Shown here: one piece after another, positions 1 to 12,761 of the stretch
Layout of the letters: the number at the start of each line of letters is the position of its first letter
How positions within the stretch are numbered: the stretch's first letter is position 1
Source of the DNA: Octopus vulgaris
Lineage: Eukaryota
DNA: 64,000 nucleotides
NCBI GenBank assembly: GCA_951406725.2
Contig: OX597836.1
Location: 20,646,001 to 20,710,000, forward strand
Reading direction: 5' to 3'
Made by a program: the position numbers and the translations under genes
The notes under the pieces: model-generated
The model's input: the letters and a program-made list of their open reading frames with translations, nothing else
The model's database searches: none
What the model was told of the DNA's origin: nothing

Positions 1-99
1 ACATATTTGAAAATCAAGATGTTTATTAAAAATAAATAAAAACAATCGTAGTCAAAATATAAAAAACCTTGTAAATGATAAAGTGCAAAAAAAAAATGT

Positions 100-375
100 A
101 AATAATGGTTTCATATCTTAGCACAAAGTCAGTGACTTTGGAGGAGAGAGTTTGTTGATTATATTGGCACCAGTGCTCCACTGGTACTTACTTATTTTAT
201 CTACTCTGGAAAGACGAAAGGCAAAGTTAACCTCAGCTGGTTTTGAGCTCAGAATGTAAAGAGCTGAAATAAACGCTGCTAAGCATTTTGTCCAGAGCTG
301 TAACAATTCTACCACTTTACTGCCTTAATAATGATAATAATAATAACAACAACAATAATAATGATGATGATAATA

Positions 376-418
<43 letters not shown>

Positions 419-423
419 TGATG

Positions 424-454
<31 letters not shown>

Positions 455-459
455 TGATG

Positions 460-490
<31 letters not shown>

Positions 491-1425
491 TAATAATAAT
501 AATAATAATGATAATAATGGCATGCACTGCTCTCTCACTCAATAATAATAATAATGATGATGATAATAATAATAATGATGATGATAATAATAATAATAAT
601 AATGATAATAATAATAATAATAATGATAATAATGGCATGCACTGCTCTCTCACTCAATAATAATAATAATGATGATGATAATAATAATAATGATGATGAT
701 AATAATAATAATAATAATGATAATAATAATAATAATAATGATAATAATGGCATGCACTGCTCTCTCACTCAATAATAATAATAATGATGATGATAATAAT
801 AATAATGATGATGATAATAATAATAATAATAATGATAATAATAATAATAATAATGATAATAATGGCATGCACTGCTCTCTCACTCAATAATAATAATAAT
901 GATGATGATAATAATAATAATGATGATAATAATAATAATAATAATGATAATAATAATAATAATAATGATAATAATGGCATGCACTGCTCTCTCACTCAAT
1001 AATAATAATAATGATGATGATAATAATAATAATGATGATAATAATAATAATAATAATGATAATAATAATAATAATAATGATAATAATGGCATGCACTGCT
1101 CTCTCACTCAATAATAATAATAATGATGATGATAATAATAATAATGATGATAATAATAATAATAATAATGATAATAATAATAATAATAATGATAATAATA
1201 ATAATAATAATGATGATGATAATAATAATGATGATAATGATAATAATAATAATAATAATGATGATGATAATAATAATAATAATGATGATAATAATAATAA
1301 TAATAATGATGATGATAATAATAATAATAATGATGATAATAATAATAATAATAATAATGATGATGATAATAATAATAATAATGATAATAATAATAATAAT
1401 AATGATGATGATAATAATAATGATG

Positions 1426-1462
<37 letters not shown>

Positions 1463-2112
1463 TGATGATAATGATTTTCAAGTTTTGGCACAAGGCCAGC
1501 AATTTCAGAGAGGGCAATAGTTGATTACATTGGCCCCAGTGCTCAACTGATATTTACTTCATCAACCCCAAAATGAAGAAAAGTCAACATAAAAGGGGAC
1601 AAAACGCTGCCAAACATTTTTATCTGACATGTTAACAATTCTGCCAGTTCACCACCTTAATAATAATAATAATGATAATCCTTTATACTATAGGCACAAG
1701 GCCTGAAATTTGGGGTAGGGGACTAGTCAATTACATTGACCCCAGTGCATAACTCGTACTTATTTCATTGACCCTGGAAGAATGAAAGACAATGTCAGCT
1801 TTGGGAGAATTTGAACTCAGAATGTAAGGACAGATAAAATGCTGCCAAGCATTTTGCTCAGAATGCTAACGATTCTGCCAACTTGCCACTTTAATAATAA
1901 CAATCCTTTCAGCTAAAGGCACAAGGCCTGAAATTTTAGGGGAGGGTATCAGTCGATTACATTGACCCCAATGTTGCACAGGTACTTAATTTATATACCC
2001 CAAAAGGATGAAAAGCAAAGTCGACTTCAGTGGAATTTGAACTCAGAACATAGCAACAGGCGAACTACTGCTAAGCATTTAATCCAGCATGCTAATGGTT
2101 CTGCCAGTTCAT
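100..2112 (-). mobile_element. Head-to-tail cluster of diverged SINE family B copies (~105-327, 1474-1660, 1678-1893, 1903-2112) separated by (AAT)n
   Basis: Repeated motif ggcacaagg...gattacattgaccccagtg...ggtactt...gaaaggcaaagt...gaatttgaactcagaa...ctaagcatttt...ctgccag. Confidence 0.85.
328..1473. repeat. Compound (AAT/GAT)n microsatellite containing a higher-order 115/112-bp minisatellite
   Basis: The 22-mer GGCATGCACTGCTCTCTCACTC occurs at 519, 634, 749, 864, 976 and 1088, separated by near-identical AAT/GAT patterns. Confidence 0.95.
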
Positions 2113-2147
2113 AATAATAATAATTTAATAATAATAATAATAATAAT

Positions 2148-2198
<51 letters not shown>

Positions 2199-2613
2199 CA
2201 TGTTGGAATGATATAATATATCCATCTAAATATATATTTCACATTATATTAAGAAGTGGTGCATGATACCAGAATTTTGGACTCAAATCAAATCTAACAA
2301 ACTAATCCAAATCATTGTTAGGATGTCCACATAAAGGAAGTCTATACCAGATAGTTTGTACTGGCATTGAGTCATGTAAGTTGTAATAATGAAGTCAGGC
2401 CAAATATTGTTATTTTGAAATCATTTAATATTAATGTTTCAGATTTGTGTAATATGCACTGGGAAAAGCATAATGGATGCATTTCCTATTATATATTGCA
2501 CAGACCCGAAATGCATCTATTAAATGATTTCAAAATATCACTATTTGGTTTGACTTCATTATTACAAGTTGTGTACGGATGTGCATGTGTGTGTGTATAT
2601 ATATATATATATA

Positions 2614-2992
2614 GGCGCAGGAGTGGCTGTGTGGTTCCGGGTTCAGTCCCACTGCGTGGCACCTTGGGCAAGTGTCTTCTACTATAGCCTCGGGCCGACC
2701 AAAGCCTTGTGAGTGGATTTGGTAGACGGAAACTGAAAGAAGCCTGTTGTATATATGTATATATATATATATGTGTGTGTGTGTGTTTGTGTGTCTGTGT
2801 TTGTCCCCCTAGCATTGCTTGACAACCGATGCTGGTGTGTTTACGTCCCCGTCACTTAGCGGTTTGGCAAAAGAGACCAATAGAATAAGTACTGGGCTTA
2901 CAAAGAATAAGTCCCGGGGTTGATTTGCTCGACTAAAGGCGGTGCTCCAGCATGGCCGCAGTCAAATGACTGAAACAAGTAAAAGAGTAAAA

Positions 2993-2995
<3 letters not shown>
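2614..2995 (+). mobile_element. tRNA-headed SINE family A with internal (TA)n(TG)n; this copy has a short deletion in the head
   Basis: ggcgcaggagtggctgtgtgg...gggttcagtccc (A/B-box-like) through to gactgaaacaagtaaaagag; more than 10 copies in the window. Confidence 0.9.
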
Positions 2996-3039
<44 letters not shown>

Positions 3040-3042
<3 letters not shown>

Positions 3043-3244
3043 CCCTTCTGTCCGAGTCAGTTGCCATGATAGATCGTTAGCCACTACACACATTTTTTTC
3101 TCTCCTTGTTTTTTCTGTGTCCCTTTCTGTAGAAGAGCGTAGGCTTGAAATGTAAACGACTTTTTCTATTCCTGAGCGTTATACTAATACATCTGTTTGT
3201 TTTGTACACCACCTGTCTTCGTCTTTTTTTTCTTCATAAACTCT

Positions 3245-3247
<3 letters not shown>
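3040..3247 (+). mobile_element. (TA)n-flanked Penelope-like terminal fragment with a degenerate minimal hammerhead (3127-3154)
   Basis: ctgtagaa-gagc-gtag-gctt-gaaatgta resembles CTGAAGA-A-GAGC-gtag-GCTC-GAAACGTA. A related tail (ttcctgagcgt...aata) occurs at 6712-6823. Confidence 0.5.
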
Positions 3248-3289
<42 letters not shown>

Positions 3290-4210
3290 AGATAGATAGA
3301 TAAATCTTTGAATAATGTAAAATAGTAAAAAAGATGTTTGAATGGCATAATATTTCAGAATATATGGTTTATTAAACATGTTTACAAGTGTATGCTCTGA
3401 TCTGTGAATGGGCAATGAGACGTCAACTAAATTTAGGTGAGTTAAACATAAAATCTTTGAGCTGCTTCTATGACTTGGTTATATCTTTCTTCCCCAACAT
3501 CCATACCATTTCATCTTGTCTTTACCAATCTCACAGTGTGATGTTAATGTTTAATGTGAATCAGCTGTCAGTTGTTAGTGTCTGATTGACCAGGGAATCT
3601 GCAGACATTTCCAAAGACAGATGCCATTCACTTTGGTTTTAATAGCTTTATTTCGACGAGGAATGGCAATACTATATACACTTTTGCAGAACCACCAAGA
3701 GTAGTGGGCTGAATGGAAGGCAAGAAGCCACAACAAGCAGGTTGATGCCAAAACAACATAAATTGACACATTAACAGATGGAGTTTTATATACACTCATA
3801 CAAAAGTCCTGGTCTTCAAATGCTTACAGCAGAGTAGACTCTGTTAAAGGCAACCAAAACACTGCTGATGATGTTAAAGAAACCAGGTGATAGAATTAGG
3901 TCTAACACTCAGCAATGGATATCATATTTAATTTGTGCAATGATTTTCCATGTTAGTTCTCATCTGTAGATGAAACTTCATACAAAAGACTGGAGAGGAG
4001 ACGCTTGACCATTGTATGGTACAGCAGAACTTGACCCAAATTCTGAAGTGAATTTGTTAAACCACAATGCCAAATTTCCATTAATGACATGCAGAAGATG
4101 ACAAAACCTGATTTGCCTCTCCTTCAAGTAACATTCACATCATTAATACTGATAAAAAGGAAATTCTAAATTTTAACAGGATTTTATTTTGCTTTTTATT
4201 TCAAGGAGTG

Positions 4211-4247
<37 letters not shown>

Positions 4248-4253
<6 letters not shown>

Positions 4254-4613
4254 GAGTGTATTTTTACCTTGTTAACAATTAACACGGAAAAATAAATAAA
4301 TAGTTACCAGGGCAGCAAAAATCTCACAAGTAAAGGTGTAGTAACTCCTTGTTTATAAAGGTAGAAACTTCGTGTTTACGTTGAATATTTTGAATAATAT
4401 GAATAAAAAATGGAGTTAACGCAGGTGTAAACAAGTATTTTTACTTTTGACACATGTTTCGAAAATTCCACTGATACTATTCAAAAGAATAAATGGTATA
4501 AACAATGCAATCTTCTCTTCGGGAAAGTGAAAATACGAAACTCGTCAATACGACATTTTAGCAAAAAATGATGGATTTGTATAGCGATAGACAGAACGCT
4601 ATTAATATTGTTT
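4248..4613 (-). mobile_element. (TA)n-flanked Penelope-like/retrozyme fragment containing a decayed type I hammerhead (4443-4528)
   Basis: Minus strand reads actttc-CCGAAGA-gaagattgcattg...cagtggaattttc-GAAA-catgtg-TC-aaaagt, the same layout as the 42-kb ribozymes; (TA)n on both sides. Confidence 0.65.
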
Positions 4614-5749
4614 TATATATATATATATATACTTGATTATTATTATTATTATTATTAGCAGCAGCAGTAGCAGTAGATTAGGGTGATGAATAGCCAGAAT
4701 CATTAGAGTCTGGTTATTCATCACCCTAATCTACTGCATGGAATAAAATCTTAGTAGTATTTCTTCCAGCTTTTTACATTCTAAGTTCCCATGATTATAT
4801 ATATTTTCAATAAGTTTTTGAGTAATTGCTACGATTCTGAGTAATTGCTATGAATTATGTTAGTGATTAATCCTAAATCAACTCTTATCTTGGAGACCTC
4901 TGATCAAAAGCATTCCTGCTATAACCATCAATTATTTTTTTTATAGAATTACACATAATTACTTAAGTTAATGTGTACCCTTCTTCTTTATGATATTAGG
5001 TTACAACTTATGGTGATTTGGCTGGTGTTTCCAGTAAATTGAACCGCTCATCGTTAACTGGAAACACTATGGTTTAGTGACGTGTACAGAATATATTAAA
5101 TTTCCCACAAAGTTCAACATTCAACTGTGATTATTACTATCAGGATATCAATAAACAAGTTCTTGTTTCTGAGAAACTGATATCCCTTAGCGATATTGAC
5201 GATATCAAAGGACATCAAAGACATTCTAGAATCATATCAAGTACTTGAACAGCTCTTTTGAATATGAATTTACAAGAATTTACACTCAGACAGCTACAAG
5301 TGGCAATCACGGATCTACAGAAATACACACACAAACACACAGAGAAACATTTGTTGATACATGTCTACTGTAAGATACTTAGTGACTAACAAAGTGGTTT
5401 AATTCATAAAGTACTGCTGAGCGGCTAAGAAGTTTGCTTCCCAATCATGTGGTTTTGGGTTCAGTCCTAGAGTTTCTAACATTGCCCTGAGTTAACCAAT
5501 TTTTTGTCAGTGAATTTTGATAGATGAAAACTGCAATAAGCCCATATATATATATCTGCTCAATTTGAAAACCCCACTAGAATGGGAGAAAGCGCTAATA
5601 TATGATCTAAGTTATATGATGTATAAAAACATGTAATATACAAATAAATATCTGTAAATATAAAACCATCCGAATTTCTGAGTACCTCATTTCTTCTAAT
5701 ATAAAATACCTGTACATCATCTCCAAACCTTCCAATATATATATAGTGA

Positions 5750-6082
5750 AGGAGCATGGCTCAGTGGTTAGAGCGTCGAGCTTACAATCGTGAGTTTGTG
5801 AGCTCGAATCTCGGACCGGGCTGCGTGTTGTGCTCTTGAGCAAGACCCTTTATTTCGCATTGCCCAAGTTCACTCAGCTGTAGAAATGAGTTGCGATGTC
5901 ACAGGTGCCAAGCTGTATTGGCCTTTGCCTTTCCCTTGGATAACACTGGTGGCATGGAGAGGGGAGGCCGGTATGCATGGACGACTGCTGGTCTTCCATA
6001 AACAAACTTGCCTGGACTTGTGCCTGGGAGGGTAACTTTCTAGGTGCAATCCCATGGTCAGTCATGACCGAAGGGGGTCTCA
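5750..6082 (+). mobile_element. tRNA-derived SINE family D
   Basis: tggctcagtggttagag (A box) ... gctcgaatc (B-box-like) followed by gtgttgtgctcttgagcaagac; related heads near 17000-17075 (-), 26960 (+), 33130-33200 (-) and 54990 (+). Confidence 0.75.
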
Positions 6083-6083
6083 G

Positions 6084-6129
<46 letters not shown>

Positions 6130-6819
6130 AACAAGGCATGAATAATGGTCATTACATATTTCTTTATCATAGTAAATTTGACTTACAACTGTTTCCAATA
6201 GTCAATATAGGTTCGTTATTGATTATTTGAGAAAAATTGAAAGATCTGAAGAATTAATGTTAATCTTGTCAGAGTTATATATATTTTTCTTTGCTAAACT
6301 CATACGTTGGATTTACTTGTGTATCTCAATTTTCAACATCAACATAATTTTGCTATTACTTGAGACTCCAATTCAAGAGTGTAAACAGTCACAAGCTCAG
6401 GTTGAGTACTGCTTAAGAAATACTCTAATTTCCAACACTATCAGGCCCATAATACATACTTGTGTGTTTTTTTTTTTATCAATGTTCATATTTCATTTAT
6501 CACCCTGTAAGCGAAGTGGGGCAGAGGGTTGACATTCCTTCTTAACATTAGACCAGTTGTTCTATGCTTTCAAAGACTAGTGGAATGTAAAAATCCCTTT
6601 GCTAAAAACAAGAAGAGTATCCAGCTGTAATACTCTGCCTCAAATAACTCCCACTTCCTATCTAACCCATGATGAATAAATGGCCATCAGACAAAACATA
6701 TATATATATAGAAACCCTCCTTCTTCCCTTCTTTCCTGAGCGTCCAATAATACTTTATTTGTTCCACGTCCTCGCGTCGTCGTGTTCTTTTGTTTTTTTG
6801 TGAGTTTTCTTGTTTGGAT

Positions 6820-6860
<41 letters not shown>

Positions 6861-7250
6861 GAATATAACATACATAAAACACATAATAAACAGGTATGTA
6901 TACAAATATATACGTATATATACATATATATATATATATATATACACATACATACATACATACATATATATATATATTTATATATACACATACATACATT
7001 TGTCTACACCATTATGACAATACATAAGTACGTATAAATGACTTTGGAACATGGATTTACAAAAATGAATATTCAAAAGTTGTGACATTCACAATTCTAC
7101 AGAAACATGCACAGATGTGTGTATACATACACATATATACAAACACAGATGGAGAAACATTTGGTGGTGCACAGTGATGAGAAATACTTTGATACCAATT
7201 TATTGGTATTAGACTCTCGGTGATTTAAGACATACACATATCATGATTGA

Positions 7251-7311
<61 letters not shown>

Positions 7312-7494
7312 TACACACTCACATATAAACATACACGTATCTATACATAAACATACATATATACATCTATAAATAAGCATACATGTACACACATATATAC
7401 ATATACAATAAACATACATGTAACTATACATAAACATACATATATACATCTATAAATATGCATACATATACACACATATATACATATACAACAA

Positions 7495-7539
<45 letters not shown>

Positions 7540-7794
7540 AAACTATACATAAACAGTTCTACATACATGTATATCTATACATATAACTACACATACATCT
7601 TTACATACATATATCTACACATACACCTATAGGTATATATAAATATCATGTTCTACAGTTTACTTTGTTTCATTCACAGTCTAAGGGCATTTTGGGGCAA
7701 TGCCTTGAGAAAGCTAACGCTACACAAACAAATTTCTACAGGAGCTTTGCTAATCTTCTCTGTATCATTCAGTTTAGTATATGTGCTGCTAAAG

Positions 7795-7846
<52 letters not shown>

Positions 7847-7848
<2 letters not shown>

Positions 7849-8213
7849 CTTGTTTCAGTCATTTGACTGTGGTCATGCTGGGGAACCACCTTGAAGGGTT
7901 TAGTTGCACATATCAACCCCAGGACTTTTTAAAAGAAAAAAGCTTAGTACTTATTCCATTGAATTCTTCCACTGAAGTTATGGGGATGTAAACACACCAA
8001 CACTGGCTGTCAAATGTTGATGGGGGTGACAATTACACACACACTCAATATATATATATAATGTTGGGCTTCTTTCAGTTTCTGTCTACCAAATCCACTT
8101 ACAAGGCTTTGGCCAGCCCAAGGCTATAGTAGAAGACACTTGCTCAAGGTTCACCACAAAGGAACTGAACCCAAAACCATGTGGTTGGGAAGCAAGCTTC
8201 TTACCACCCAGCC
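7847..8213 (-). mobile_element. SINE family A, diverged copy
   Basis: Reverse complement of the 2614 element (ttacttgtttcagtcatttgac ... aagcttcttaccacccagcc). Confidence 0.85.
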
Positions 8214-8825
8214 ACATATACAAACCCTTGGTTTCATGTGATACATTGCAATTATCAAGCACTTCATTTAAGAATGTTTGTAATCCATCACCATTTTGGA
8301 TCTGGAACGCTTGATAAAAGCATTGTCTTGCATAAAACCAATGTCAGCACTGTAAACCCACAAATAAACCAAATGCAGTGCTGAGTACTCGTTCTCACTG
8401 TTTGCTACTATCTATCTATCTACCTATCTATCCATCTATGTATCTATCAATCTATGTATCTATCTATCTATCTATCTATTTCTACATATCAATATCTATA
8501 TGTGCATGCATATCAAGCCTAGCCATTTTGCAGATAGTTGAAGTATCTATTTTCTGTATTTATTAACATAAACTTTTGGCATTGCTAGTTTTACTTCGAT
8601 GCCTCCACTTCTGAGTTTTTGTTCTACATTTGGAATGTATACTTTAACAGATACTGATACTTTAACAGATTCCGCTAAGACAAGCAGCTCATCATTAGTG
8701 TAGAAAAGTTCCAGATCCTTGATAGCAGCTAATTTGTTCAGGTATTGTGGCTTAATATTAGTTAAAAATTTCTGTAGTTGATATATTGTGAAGTGGGTAT
8801 AAATCTGAACTGTTCAACCTTGGAC

Positions 8826-8906
<81 letters not shown>

Positions 8907-11900
8907 TGTGTGTGTGTGCATGTGCACACACAAATATGCATAAAAATGTAATTTTCTAGATGGTGTAATTTAATTGTTCATTTTGAATTGATAAAAGGTG
9001 GGTTTTTTTCTAATTTTTTATATATAAGAATGTGTGTGCATGTTTGTATAAAGTACCAGTGTTTTCTATGTTTATAAAGTTAAGGTTTAAACATATATAT
9101 ATATATATTTATATTTTATTCTTTAACAAAACTAGTATTAATAATGACTTCATGGTTTCAACCAGTTGGACTGTTCAATGATATTATTGTCAATACTATC
9201 TAGTTAAAAGATGATAAATTTTGTACTCTACAAAATGTATAGAGTAATCCTTCAGTTTAATGCAAAATTGTTTTTATTACAACTTAACATAAAAATAAAC
9301 ATTAATATATATATACATATATGTAAAACAAAAGAGAAAAGAATGTAAGAGCAAAAATTCAATTTTTGATGGACAAAGACACATTTTCTTTCTTGGAAGT
9401 AAAAAAACGTTGAATTTGCATCTGAAGATAATTCTTTAACATGGCAACAACAATAAAATACATCAGACTTCCTATCATCTAGTTCTAAGGTGAGGCTATG
9501 TCTTGCACAGTCCTACAGGTGCAAGAGAGTGTGTGTGTGCGTGTGTGTGTATATATATATATATGGACCATGGATGTTAAGTGATGATGATGGTGATGAT
9601 ATTGATATTATACCAGATTGTACAATTGTAAAAATGTAAGAAAAAGTACTCAATACATGTAAAATTCTAAGTTTATCTATTCAAAGCTGGGGATTCATTT
9701 TGTTGTTACTCCAAATTTCCTGCTATTGAGTTAGAGAGGGAGAGAGAGAGAGAAAGAGAGAGAGTGAGTGTGTGTGTGTGTTTGTGTTTGTATATAAATA
9801 TACACATAATACTTTTGTTACTTTAATGAACTTACAAAAACAAGAAACACAGAGTAAAAACTGAATGAATCTTCAGCCTCTGACTATATATGTGAGTGAT
9901 ATCTATCTGTATGTGTGCAATATGAAACAGAATAGTGTTTAACTAATAAACAACAACTGACTCTACAGAGTCAAATAAACTCTATAGTGTAGTAAATGGC
10001 CATGATGATCACAGCGAAACAAAATAAGTAAAAAAACTATTGGAAGCTATGTAACTGACTATGTATACTAGTATACTATAGTGCTGTACTAAGATGGTAA
10101 ACAATGCTAGTGTATATGTGTGTGTGTGTGTGGGGGGGGTGTTACATAATATGTGAGGTTTTACTGGACAAATCACCAAATATTAGTTCCTCCCCAAACA
10201 GTGAGTAAAACATCTAAAAATTAAAAGGATAACTGAGAGTGGGGGGCGTGGTGGTTGGGGAAAATATACAAGGGCATCCTCTGCATGAAAAATAAAGAGT
10301 TAAGTTGATGCTAAAATATTTAATGTAGGGAGTCAAGAAATTCCAGTTAATTGATTAAAATTGCACTGATTAATTCTGGTCAAGATAGACAGGGGAGGCA
10401 ATTCCCAATAGTCTGAATTAATTGAAACTGATGATAAATATCAAATGTTGGTTTATAAATCGATTTAATTATTTCTACCAGGATATCTTATATGAAGATA
10501 AACTGTGAAAACTAAAACTGTGAAATCATCATTTGTGCTTAAACAGCTAATAAGCCGAGAAGTTGACCACAAGCAACATTACTGGATGATATTGACAATA
10601 TCCATGACCTGGTTGGTAGAAACAGTAATTGGTGATTGCTTCTGATCAGACTCTTCTGCCTCTGGAGAACATGTCTGAGGGCTCAGCTATCACAACCCTT
10701 AAAGGGATCTGAAGCTAAATGGAATGATCATTGGGGAAAATGCTACTTGACATATGAGACAAGTTTGATGTTTGACTGTTATACATTCAGGTTGCTGATG
10801 TGATAAGTTTAGTTAGTGTTATTATATTTAATGTAATTATGTTAATGTTAACATATTTAATAGAGTGATCAGCCAACAGCCTAATTAGAAACAGTTTTAT
10901 AGTAATGAAAAGATAATATGAGCTCAATGACAATGGGGGACAACTCCTGACATGTTTGGGCTTTATTACACCTTCTCAGCAAAAACATAAACTTTGTTGT
11001 ATTTCACTACCAACAGAAAGGATGAGAGAATCATTAGTCAGGTGTATAATATTGTTGTATAGAGGCGGGGTGGAAAATTAGCATATTGAAATAATAATTA
11101 TTCTGCATAATTGACATTGATGAATAATTTTTTAAAAATTAACAGATGAAATCAATGTAAATTAAACCGGTATGTTACTTGCAACATCAACATAAGCATC
11201 ATTATTATTGTTATAGCTGTAGTAATAACACTGGGAAGGATGTGGCTGTCAGACAGAGAGAGTGAGATGGTTACAAGATTCATTACTTTTGATATGAAGA
11301 AGTATTGATATTTCAGAGAGACTGTTATAACTATATTCATTAGAGGGGGAGGATAAGAAAGGGAGAAGGGGGGGGCATAGAGAAGGGGGGGGCATAGAGA
11401 AAGAGAGAGAAAGGGAGTGTATGTGTATGTGACAGGGAGAGTAGAGATGGAAAGACAGGGGAAGTGTGGGAAAGAAACAGAGAGAGAGGAGATAGAAGAG
11501 GAGAGATAGTGGAAGAGAGAGAGAGAGGGGCAAAAGAGTGAAAGAGAGAGAAGGAGAGAATAAAGATGAAAAACAAAAGAGAGAGAGAAAAAGAGAGACT
11601 GGGTAAAAGGAAAGCAAGAGGAAGGGTGTTGATGTGTTGAATTTATTATTAGTTTTACAGGCTATCATCAATAACCTAGAGAGAGAGGGAAGGGGGAGAG
11701 GTGAAGAGAAAGAGGGAGAGAAAAAAAAAGGGAAGGATGAAAGAGTGGAGTAAAGGAGTCTATTAGTTTTACAAGCTGTCATCTATAACTTAAGAAAGGA
11801 AGAGGGAGACAGAGACAGAGAGAGAGGGAAAGAAGAAGAAGAAGTAAAAGAATGAAGGAGAGGGTGTTGACCTGTTAAGTGTGTTATTAGTTTTAGAAAG

Positions 11901-12400
11901 TGTTATTTTACATAATTTAATAAGTTGGCAGTAACATGTTTAAAGCATTACATGTTGAAGGAACCGGAGGACACAAAGAGCTGACTTAGAAATTTTTTTT
12001 AGCCCAGCTAATTGAATTCTTCAAGCTTTTAACTTGTCAACTAACACTCAAGTGGTTGTCAAACATTAATAATAATAATTAACCTATTGCAGTACAATAA
12101 TGTGTGTTTGTGTGTTTGCACTTGGTTAGGTGATAACTGCCAGCCAGCAACACAGCTCTTTGCTTTTTTCCATTTGCGGTTCACTGGGTCATCAGTATTT
12201 GCATTTGTTCATGGTGGAACGAATACTGTAAAACAGTGCAAATTGGCTTGCAAATAGTCTCTGCAAGGTTCTCCTGGAAGGCCATTCGAATTGAAACAGT
12301 GTGACACGTCAGGATGAATGAATAAGGGTCTTTATACTTTATCTCAAAAGTAGTGTCTCATCATGGTGATAGTCAAATGGTTAGAATCAGTAACTAAATT

Positions 12401-12761
12401 TCTATATATATAAAGCTGAAGTTGTCTGTGTATGGCAGGTTTGGTAGCCTTCACCTAACACCATCTCCTCCGAAACCCTGTGGCGCAAATTGACCAAAAT
12501 TGAGAGTATGATTGAAGAAGGCTTGCTTTTCCTTCCGTAGAAGAAAAAATTCAAATCGGACCATGTTAATACCAAAAATTATTTACATCAAAAAGGTGCT
12601 TTTTTTCAATGAAAATCCCTATTTTTTATGATTTTTTGACTGCTGTGTTGCCATTTTTTGGTGTATTTCAACCAGAAAAATAATGCAAAATTTTAACTTT
12701 TCAAAAATTCCAATTCTAAAGGGTCGAAACAAACCCAAGCAACGCCAGGCGATACTGCTAG
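12401..12761 (+). mobile_element. Non-autonomous Helitron
   Basis: Starts TCTATATATATAAA and ends with a GC-rich imperfect hairpin (cccaagcaacgccaggcg) followed by CTAG|T. Confidence 0.78.

Noticed and set aside
519-1109. CRISPR-like array of six identical 22-bp repeats
   Set aside because: Spacers are near-identical AAT/GAT microsatellite rather than unique sequence, there are no cas genes, and the context is a eukaryotic intron.
288-1524. Poly-Asn, poly-Ile, poly-Leu and poly-Tyr ORFs
   Set aside because: Frames of a trinucleotide repeat; no coding evidence.
5750-5820. Possible tRNA gene
   Set aside because: A/B boxes are present but I find no complete cloverleaf, and the sequence continues into a SINE body with other copies in the window.
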